Of a stretch of 24,000 bases of DNA, positions 17,061 through 24,000 are shown piece by piece. The stretch is from contig NZ_QVMT01000001.1 in the NCBI RefSeq assembly GCF_003418935.1, forward strand, positions 388,063 to 412,062, given 5' to 3'. Positions within the stretch are counted from its first letter, which is position 1; each line of letters starts with the position of its first letter. The position numbers and the translations under genes are program-made. The notes under the pieces are model-generated. The model worked only from the letters and a program-made list of their open reading frames with translations. It searched no databases and was not told the origin of the DNA. The DNA comes from Emticicia sp. C21 (GTDB lineage Bacteria > Bacteroidota > Bacteroidia > Cytophagales > Spirosomataceae).

Positions 17061-18539
17061 CTAACTCAATATCGGCTTTATCACCTTCCCTGCCACATCT
17101 GTCAAGCGGAACGGACGGCCCTGGAAGAAATAAGTCAGTTTTTCGTGGTCAAAACCTAATAAATGTAAAATAGTCGCCTGTAAATCATGCACATGGGTGC
17201 GGTCTTTTACGCCATAATAGCCTAATGGATCGGTTTCTCCCAGACTCATGCCTTTTTTCAAGCCACCGCCCGCCATGAATACTGTAAAGGCATCTAAATG
17301 ATGGTCACGGCCTTTGAAAGGTAAGGTTTGTCCGTCGCGGTTTTCCTGCATGGGCGTTCTTCCAAATTCTCCGCCCCACACTACAAGGGTTTCATCTAGC
17401 AAGCCACGCATTTTCAGGTCTTTTATTAAGCCTGTTACTGCACGGTCGGTTATCTGACAAAGATCTTTAAAGCCACCGTCTAATGATAGTCTTTGATCAG
17501 TTCCGTGTGCATCCCAACCCCAATGGAAAAGTTGCACAAATCGCACGCCGTTTTCAACCAATCTTCTAGCTAAAAGGCAATTATTAGCAAATGATGCATC
17601 TCCTACTTCTGCCCCATACATATTTCGTACCCACTCAGGTTCTTTGCTGATGTCCATTACTTCCGGTACAGACATCTGCATTCTGAATGCCATTTCGTAT
17701 TGCGAGATACGGGTTAATATTTCAGGGTCTTGTACCTCTTCGTATTGTTGTCTGTTAATCTCATTAATGGCCTCGATGGTCTGCTTCCGGATATCGCGGC
17801 TCATTCCGTGAGGGTCTGATACATATAGCACCGGGTCTGCTCCTGTTCTGCATTGTACGCCTTGATAGATGGATGGTAAGAAGCCATTTCCCCAAACACT
17901 TTTCCCTGCATCAGGGCTTCTTCCTCCTGATGCCAATACGATAAAGCCCGGTAGATTCTGATTTTCTGTGCCTAAGCCATACATAGCCCATGAGCCCAGA
18001 CTTGGACGGCCCAGACGAGGGCTTCCTGTGTGCATCAGTAATTGGGCAGGCGCATGGTTGAACTGGTCGGTATACATAGCTTTCAGGAAGGTCAAATCAT
18101 CAGCTACTTCAGGCAGATAAGGCATAAAATCTGAAATATAAGCCCCTGATTGCCCACGCTGGCTAAATTGTGCCAATGGCCCCAGCATTTTAGGCACTCC
18201 TCTGATAAAGGCAAACTTTTTACCCTCTAAAAACTCTTGTGGACAGTCTCTGCCATCATATTTCTGTAATTCAGGCTTGTAGTCAAATAACTCTAATTGA
18301 GAAGGAGCTCCAGCCATGTGTATGTAGATTACCCGTTTTACCTTTGGCGCAAAATGTGGCGTTTTAGGTAAAGTAGGATCAGTCATTGCCTGATTCTCTC
18401 CTGATTTATTCGGAAAACACCCACCCATCAAAGAGCTTAAAGCAGCTACTCCTAATCCGGTAGTACAAGTATTCAGAAAATGCCGACGCGTCTGCAACAT
18501 GTTTTCGGCATGAAGAAATTCTTTAATTAATTTTTCCAT
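17061..18539 (-). CDS. DUF1501 domain-containing (sulfatase-like) protein
   Basis: 492 aa ORF: 'TRRHFLNTCTTGLGVAALSSLMGG', 'KVKRVIYIHMAGAPSQLELFDYKP', 'VVWGGEFGRTPMQENRDGQTLPFKGRDHHLDAFTVFMAGGG', 'VHDLQATILHLLGFDHEKLTY', characteristic of DUF1501. Confidence 0.95.
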   Translation of the reverse strand: MEKLIKEFLHAENMLQTRRHFLNTCTTGLGVAALSSLMGGCFPNKSGENQAMTDPTLPKTPHFAPKVKRVIYIHMAGAPSQLELFDYKPELQKYDGRDCPQEFLEGKKFAFIRGVPKMLGPLAQFSQRGQSGAYISDFMPYLPEVADDLTFLKAMYTDQFNHAPAQLLMHTGSPRLGRPSLGSWAMYGLGTENQNLPGFIVLASGGRSPDAGKSVWGNGFLPSIYQGVQCRTGADPVLYVSDPHGMSRDIRKQTIEAINEINRQQYEEVQDPEILTRISQYEMAFRMQMSVPEVMDISKEPEWVRNMYGAEVGDASFANNCLLARRLVENGVRFVQLFHWGWDAHGTDQRLSLDGGFKDLCQITDRAVTGLIKDLKMRGLLDETLVVWGGEFGRTPMQENRDGQTLPFKGRDHHLDAFTVFMAGGGLKKGMSLGETDPLGYYGVKDRTHVHDLQATILHLLGFDHEKLTYFFQGRPFRLTDVAGKVIKPILS

Positions 18540-18659
18540 GAGGGCTTGAATAGAATCAAGACAAAGATAATAATTCTATTTCACAAACGTATGAATTTCT
18601 AACGTATTACAGCCTCATATAAAACTGCAAATAATCTGAATCTTTCGTATTTTTGCAGG

Positions 18660-19790
18660 ATGAAATATGAATTACAAAAAACTGATAACGGTTCTAAAGC
18701 CAGAGCCGGTAAAATTACGACCGATCACGGCGAAATATTGACGCCTATTTTTATGCCTGTGGGCACGGCCGGAACCGTAAAAGCTGTTCATCAGAGAGAA
18801 TTAGAAAACGATATTCATGCCCAGATAATTCTGGGTAATACTTACCATTTATACCTACGCCCGGGCTTGGATATTCTGGAACGCGCAGGTGGTTTACATA
18901 AATTTAATGGATGGAATAAGCCTATCCTGACAGATTCAGGTGGATATCAGGTTTTTTCATTAAAGGATATCCGGAAGATTTCGGAAGAGGGTGTAAAATT
19001 TCAATCGCATATTGATGGGTCAAGGCATTTGTTTACTCCGGAAAGTGTAATGGATATTCAGCGGGTAATTGGTGCTGACATTATTATGGCATTTGATGAG
19101 TGTGCTCCTTACCCTTGCGATTATAGCTATGCCAAAAAATCTATGGAAATGACACATCGTTGGCTAAAACGTTGTTGTGACCGTTTTGATAGTACCGAAG
19201 GGCTATATGGCTATTCGCAAACACTCTTCCCAATTGTACAAGGTAGTGTTTATAAAGATTTACGTATTCAATCTGCCGAATTTATTGCCGGACAAAACCG
19301 GGATGGCAATGCCATTGGTGGCTTAGCCGTTGGTGAGCCTGCCGAAAAGATGTATGAAACTATCGACTATGTGAATGATATTCTGCCACAAGACAAACCT
19401 CGCTATCTGATGGGTGTGGGTACACCTGAGAATATCCTTGAAAGCATAGCTTTAGGCATAGATATGTTTGATTGCGTAATGCCTACTCGCAATGCCCGTA
19501 ATGGTATGCTTTTTACGACACAAGGCATCATCAATATCAGAAACGAGAAATGGAAGGATGATTATAGTCCGATTGATGAAAACCTAGGCGGATACACGAG
19601 TACATTCTATAGCAAAGCTTATTTACGCCACCTCGTAAAATGTGATGAAATATTAGCTGCTCAGGTGGCCAGTGTTCATAATCTTACTTTTTATCTATGG
19701 CTGGTAGGTCAGGCTCGTGAGCATATTCTAGCAGGAGATTTTGCTGAATGGAAGAAAGTGATGGTGAAAAAAGTGATGGAGCGGCTGTAA
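18660..19790 (+). CDS. tgt: Queuine/preQ1 tRNA-ribosyltransferase
   Basis: 376 aa ORF with hallmark motifs: TPIFMPVGTAGTVKAV, ILGNTYHLYLRPG, ILTDSGGYQVFSL, MAFDECAPYP, PRYLMGVGTPENI, FDCVMPTRNARNG. Confidence 0.97.
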   Translation: MKYELQKTDNGSKARAGKITTDHGEILTPIFMPVGTAGTVKAVHQRELENDIHAQIILGNTYHLYLRPGLDILERAGGLHKFNGWNKPILTDSGGYQVFSLKDIRKISEEGVKFQSHIDGSRHLFTPESVMDIQRVIGADIIMAFDECAPYPCDYSYAKKSMEMTHRWLKRCCDRFDSTEGLYGYSQTLFPIVQGSVYKDLRIQSAEFIAGQNRDGNAIGGLAVGEPAEKMYETIDYVNDILPQDKPRYLMGVGTPENILESIALGIDMFDCVMPTRNARNGMLFTTQGIINIRNEKWKDDYSPIDENLGGYTSTFYSKAYLRHLVKCDEILAAQVASVHNLTFYLWLVGQAREHILAGDFAEWKKVMVKKVMERL

Positions 19791-19802
19791 TATAACAAAG
19801 GA

Positions 19803-21107
19803 TTAATAGGGTTGTTTATTGAGCTCGCCTATAAAATAATCCCGTACTAGTTGATATGGTGTAGAATCTTTGATAAAAACAATTGCGTCGAAAGCATCTC
19901 CTATTAATCCTTTACAATTTATTAGTATTGAGGAGCGATAGTTAATCGTTCCAAAGGTCATTGTATGCGATGGTTGGTTTAAAAATTCTTTTGATGAACT
20001 ATCACAAAGTAAAACTCCATATTTTGCCTTTGCTTGACAACCTATGATGGTACCCAACTTATTTTTATGTTGAGCAATTTTTGATGAACCCGAAAATCCT
20101 GCATAAAATCTTCCCTTCTGCACTTCTGTTCCTATACTCATATAATCGGTCTGATATTGTTTACTTAAGTATTCGCCAAAACTCGGAAACTTTCCGAATA
20201 TCTCTGTATAAATTGTCTTTTTATTGATATGCATATTATGGGCTCTTATGATAACCTGTTTATCTTTTTTGCAGGTTTCTCTTAACCATTCTATATTCTC
20301 AAAAATAAATTTATCCCGCATTTTATATTTTAAATCATTATCAGACCAAAATGCCATTGAGTTGGGAAGAGTCTTTAGAACGCGCACCATCACATCCGTC
20401 TTCATATTCGTCGAATCTGAATTAACTCTGCTATTTTCAAGGATGCTTAGTAGTTGATTGGCACTGTCAGCAATAGTATTAATATTTATTTTAGCAGAAT
20501 TAGGTAACTTCCTTAAATTCTTGTTTAATTCTTCTAAAATAGGAACTGCTTTATTTATCCCGTGATTCAGACAATGCTCTTTCAGAAAACTTATAATTTC
20601 CTCAGGTTGGTCTATATCGGTTCCAATTACCCATATTTTCTCTTTGAATGGCCTCTGTTTATTAAAATTTCTGATCCAGATATAAAGTGGCATCATATCC
20701 CTCTGCCTATACGCTGCATCTCTTGCTCTTATCTTCTTTTTTATCATTATATCGGCCACACTCCTTCTTTCATTTACTACATAGTCGTTAATTTTATAGG
20801 AGTCCAGCATTGATATTTCTCCCAGAACAATGCAATTAAAATGATGGAGTTTTACTAGTTGGGTGGCGATAAGATGTTGAAATTCCATTACCTCTTTTGT
20901 CCCATGAGTTACTTCCCCTATAGCCACAATTTTCTTGTTTCTGGCTTGCTCATAAATAACCGCTAATTCATTGTGGACATCTTTTTTTATAAGGATACTA
21001 TCAGAAAGAGTTATAAAGGATTTTTTCGGTATTTTATAAGCAACATTTTGTTGTGCATAACAATACACCGCATTTAGAAAACAAAACAAAACTAAAATGC
21101 TACGCAT
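19803..21107 (-). CDS. Erythromycin esterase-like protein
   Basis: 434 aa ORF: 'KIVAIGEVTHGTKEVMEFQHLIATQLV', 'VIGTDIDQP', 'QVIIRAHNMHINK', 'SIGTEVQKGRF', with the E/H pattern of the EreA/EreB-like superfamily. Confidence 0.85.
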   Translation of the reverse strand: MRSILVLFCFLNAVYCYAQQNVAYKIPKKSFITLSDSILIKKDVHNELAVIYEQARNKKIVAIGEVTHGTKEVMEFQHLIATQLVKLHHFNCIVLGEISMLDSYKINDYVVNERRSVADIMIKKKIRARDAAYRQRDMMPLYIWIRNFNKQRPFKEKIWVIGTDIDQPEEIISFLKEHCLNHGINKAVPILEELNKNLRKLPNSAKININTIADSANQLLSILENSRVNSDSTNMKTDVMVRVLKTLPNSMAFWSDNDLKYKMRDKFIFENIEWLRETCKKDKQVIIRAHNMHINKKTIYTEIFGKFPSFGEYLSKQYQTDYMSIGTEVQKGRFYAGFSGSSKIAQHKNKLGTIIGCQAKAKYGVLLCDSSSKEFLNQPSHTMTFGTINYRSSILINCKGLIGDAFDAIVFIKDSTPYQLVRDYFIGELNKQPY

Positions 21108-21250
21108 ATTTTGAAAGGTTTAATCACAGTGTTACGATATAGTAAAGATAGAAATTACCTAATCTAAACTTATGCGTATAAGAAAAAAAGTAGCCTAAAT
21201 TTTATGGAATATTCAAAGACCCCGCATCAAACAGAAAAAGAACAATTCCT

Positions 21251-23125
21251 ATGAAAAAAATCTTCTTACTCTGTTTGATTACACAATTGCTGTGGGCACA
21301 ATCAACCATTATTCAATCAAAAATCGAAAGTGTAACTGTTTTCCTAAATGGCGCACAAGTTACCCGTTCGGCTTATGCCTCTCTACCTATTGGCAAAACT
21401 GAATTAGTCTTCAAGGGAATTTCTCCTCAGATTAACAAGCAAAGTATTCAGGTAAAAAGTGAAAGTAAATTTACTATTCTATCTGTAAATCATCAATTGG
21501 GCAGTCTTTTAGATAAAGCCATTCAGGAAGAAATTACTAAAATTGAAAATCAGAAACGACAGCTTGAAGACAAGATAAATTTAGAAAGAAACTACCTGCT
21601 GCTTTTCAAACGCGAAGAAGAAATGCTACTCAAAAATCAGGTTGTAGGCGGACAACAAGCAGGCATGAAAGTGACCGATTTAAAAGAAAGTGTAGAGTAT
21701 CAACGCCAACGCATGCAGGAAGTATTGATGAAGAAATTAGAGTATGAAAAGAATATTCAGAGGCTTGAAGATGAGGTAAAAAAACTCAATCAGCAATTGA
21801 CTGAAATCAACGCTAAAAAAGATGTGCAAATGTCTGAAATAGTTATTAAGGTTTTGGCAAAGGAAACTATCAATAATGCCCCTATCACAATCTCTTACTT
21901 TGTAAAAAACGCAGGTTGGACACCTACTTATGATTTCAGAGTTGAGAAACTTAATCAACCTATTAGCCTTGCTTATAAAGCCAATATATTTCAGTATTCT
22001 GGTGAAGACTGGAAAGAAGTAAAATTGAGTCTTTCAACGGCAAATCCTTATAAAAGTGGTACTGCGCCTGTACTGCAAAAATGGGTGGTTGGAGAAAAAA
22101 ATGATTATAGTGATTATTATAACAATATTGTAAAAGGCGAAAATGAAAGCATAAACGCCAACCAATCAGAAGTATGGGGAAGGGTAACAACAAAATCTGA
22201 CAAATTGGGGATACCAGGTGTCTCAATTACTCTGAAGGGAACAACTCTTGGTATAGCATCTGATGTTAATGGTAATTATAGACTTACTGTTCCACCTACA
22301 CTATATAATAAACAATCTACATTAGTCTTTTCAGCTATTGGTTACCAAACTATAGAAAAAACTATTACTTCTAGCCGAACTGATGCAGTTCTGGATGAAT
22401 CTGTTGCTCAATTGAACGAAGTAGTTGTGACAGGTTATGAAATAGGAGGTCTAACTTTGAAAAGCAATAGAGACTATAATAAAAGAACTATCCCGATAGA
22501 TATTTCAGAAAGAGATGCTCCTACGAGTCAGGTATTTGATATTCTGGTTCCTTATACAATTCCATCTGATGGCAAGGTGTATACAGCAGAAATTAAAGAA
22601 GAAAGTATTCCGGCTATTTTTGAACATTTTTGTATTCCTAAAATCGATACTGATGTATTCTTACATGCACATATTATTGGTTGGGAGAAATACAAACTAT
22701 TACAGGGAGAGGCAAATCTTTTTATCGACAATACTTTTCTGGGTAAATCTAAGCTGAATCTTTTCAATAAAGATACGTTGAGTCTATCATTCGGTCGCGA
22801 TAAAAATGTAATTATTAGCCGAAATAAGCTTAAAAGCTATCAGAAAAAACAGTTGATTGGCTCTAATAAATCTGAGCAGTTTTCTTATGAAATTGTAGCC
22901 CGTAATACCAAAAATGAAGTTATTAATCTGCTTATTGAAGACCAGTTTCCTGTCTCTGAAAATAAAGAGGTGAATGTTGAAGATAAAGAGGCACCCGAAG
23001 CTGAAATTAATACCGAGACTGGTAAAATCAAGTGGAAGCTCAATCTGGCTCCTGCCATAGAATATAAGGTTTCTTTAAAATACACAATTAAATCTCCAAA
23101 ATCTGGCTTTGTTACGGCTGAATGA
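21251..23125 (+). CDS. Mucoidy inhibitor MuiA family protein (DUF4140/DUF4139) with internal CarboxypepD_reg-like segment
   Basis: 624 aa ORF: DUF4140-like 'ESVTVFLNGAQVTRSAYASLPIGKTELVFKGI', coiled coil, DUF4139-like 'VKNAGWTPTYDFRVEKLNQPISLAYKANIFQYSGEDWKEVKLSLSTANP' and C-terminal 'HIIGWEKYKLLQGEANLFIDNTFLGKS'. Confidence 0.85.
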   Translation: MKKIFLLCLITQLLWAQSTIIQSKIESVTVFLNGAQVTRSAYASLPIGKTELVFKGISPQINKQSIQVKSESKFTILSVNHQLGSLLDKAIQEEITKIENQKRQLEDKINLERNYLLLFKREEEMLLKNQVVGGQQAGMKVTDLKESVEYQRQRMQEVLMKKLEYEKNIQRLEDEVKKLNQQLTEINAKKDVQMSEIVIKVLAKETINNAPITISYFVKNAGWTPTYDFRVEKLNQPISLAYKANIFQYSGEDWKEVKLSLSTANPYKSGTAPVLQKWVVGEKNDYSDYYNNIVKGENESINANQSEVWGRVTTKSDKLGIPGVSITLKGTTLGIASDVNGNYRLTVPPTLYNKQSTLVFSAIGYQTIEKTITSSRTDAVLDESVAQLNEVVVTGYEIGGLTLKSNRDYNKRTIPIDISERDAPTSQVFDILVPYTIPSDGKVYTAEIKEESIPAIFEHFCIPKIDTDVFLHAHIIGWEKYKLLQGEANLFIDNTFLGKSKLNLFNKDTLSLSFGRDKNVIISRNKLKSYQKKQLIGSNKSEQFSYEIVARNTKNEVINLLIEDQFPVSENKEVNVEDKEAPEAEINTETGKIKWKLNLAPAIEYKVSLKYTIKSPKSGFVTAE

Positions 23126-23249
23126 GATTAGAAATAGACATAAATACAAGGCATCCCTATATTGCCTTAGCTCCAAATCCTCTTATCAATGCTTAGTTAT
23201 CTTACAATCATTCTGATAAAGACAGTATTAAAAACATTTCTATGCGAAA

Positions 23250-23274
23250 AGAGACAGGGCAATGCCCTGTCTCT
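23250..23274. terminator. Strong hairpin between convergent MuiA-like and glycosylase genes
   Basis: AGAGACAGGGC-AAT-GCCCTGTCTCT, perfect 11-bp stem. On the minus strand it lies immediately after the glycosylase stop and is followed by TTTT. Confidence 0.6.
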
Positions 23275-23280
23275 ATCATT

Positions 23281-23886
23281 TTATGCAAATAATACACCCT
23301 GATTTTTCTCCAATTTACTTACAAACTTATTCCCTTTAATATAAAAACGATATAATAAATCTGCTCCCTGAGTAATACCAATTCGGGTGGTAGTAACTAT
23401 CTCAAAATTTTCATCTTTGGGTGGAATGCAATAAAATTCATCTTCATAAACTGGCAAAAAATTGAACTCCGGAGTAATACCCATCGCTTTTACTAATTTA
23501 GCCGGGCCGCTACAAAGATTTTTCAATTGAGTGGTATTCCGTCTTTTTTGCATCAATTCTATCCCCTCAACTGGCTCCAGCGCTCGTACTAATACTGCTT
23601 CGCCTACTCCTTTATCACCACTGACAATATTGAAACAATGATACATGCCGTAGATAAGATACACATAAGATATACCGGCTCCCTCAAACATGGCGGCATT
23701 TCTGGCGCTTTTCTTCCGATAGGCGTGACAGGCTGGGTCGTTACTTAGATAGGCTTCTGTTTCAACGATGATACCTGAGGTGCGTCCTTCAGGGCTTTCA
23801 TGTACCATTGTACAACCCAGCAGTTTTTTCGATAAGGTTACGGTATCATATTTTTCGTAAAATTCTTTGGGAAGGAAATTCGTCAT
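23281..23886 (-). CDS. DNA-3-methyladenine glycosylase (AAG/MPG family)
   Basis: 201 aa ORF: 'LSKKLLGCTMVHESPEGRTSGIIVETEAYLSNDPACHAYRKKSARNAAMFEGAGISYVYLIYGMYHCFNIV...AVLVRALEP', characteristic of the family. Confidence 0.95.
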   Translation of the reverse strand: MTNFLPKEFYEKYDTVTLSKKLLGCTMVHESPEGRTSGIIVETEAYLSNDPACHAYRKKSARNAAMFEGAGISYVYLIYGMYHCFNIVSGDKGVGEAVLVRALEPVEGIELMQKRRNTTQLKNLCSGPAKLVKAMGITPEFNFLPVYEDEFYCIPPKDENFEIVTTTRIGITQGADLLYRFYIKGNKFVSKLEKNQGVLFA

Positions 23887-23897
23887 CTGTACTTTTG
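23866..23897 (+). promoter_or_regulatory. Bacteroidota sigma-A-type promoter for the gene starting at 23918
   Basis: TTTG (23866-23869), 20-nt spacer, TACTTTTG (23890-23897). The -33 part lies inside the glycosylase coding region. Confidence 0.5.
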
Positions 23898-23917
23898 AGG
23901 AAATATTAAAAATCTAC

Positions 23918-24000
23918 ATGTATAACAAAATCTTATGTCTTTTGTTGCTGACGCAAGTTTGCCTCGCCCAGCAGATAAAATCAAAAGACTCTATGACTGT
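23918..24000 (+). CDS. Secreted protein of unknown function, N-terminal fragment cut by window edge
   Basis: ATG at 23918 opens MYNKILCLLLLTQVCLAQQIKSKDSMT..., a clear signal peptide, running off the window end. Not in the ORF track because it is open-ended. Confidence 0.6.
   Translation, partial: MYNKILCLLLLTQVCLAQQIKSKDSMT

Noticed and set aside
19803-21107. Erythromycin-esterase-like gene as an acquired antibiotic-resistance determinant
   Set aside because: It is flanked by housekeeping genes with no mobile-element signatures, and the superfamily is broad. Calling it a resistance gene would go beyond the evidence.
21737-23085. Antisense and out-of-frame ORFs within the MuiA-like gene
   Set aside because: Overlapping shadows of a protein with clear DUF4140/DUF4139 features and no independent support.

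Overview
This looks like an ordinary chromosomal housekeeping region of a Bacteroidota genome, probably Cytophagales-like (inferred from gene content and promoter style). I found no defence island, CRISPR array, prophage or transposon. Recognisable genes, in order: partial arginyl-tRNA-protein transferase (-), VOC/PhnB-like protein, metallophosphoesterase (-), HXXEE membrane protein (-), secreted beta-helix protein, outer-membrane beta-barrel/TonB-dependent-receptor-like protein (-), a frameshifted alpha/beta hydrolase, tRNA-Asp(GTC) with two degenerate tandem copies (-), DinB-like protein, M20 peptidase, Nif3-family protein, C4 zinc-ribbon (DUF164) protein, TPR protein, dnaX (-), a second VOC protein, DUF1501 protein (-), tgt, erythromycin-esterase-like protein (-), MuiA/DUF4139 protein, 3-methyladenine DNA glycosylase (-), and a partial secreted protein (+). 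The most interesting sequence-level signals are: (i) an A10 slippery run in dnaX where a -1 shift or +1 A slippage gives GAG-TAA at once, predicting a 383-aa gamma form; (ii) a tandem tRNA-Asp array in which two decayed copies share the same 16-nt insertion at the T-arm and every unit has its own hairpin terminator; (iii) overlapping divergent Bacteroidota-type promoters between tRNA-Asp and the DinB-like gene; (iv) a MuiA/DUF4139 protein with an embedded SusC-style CarboxypepD_reg-like segment.
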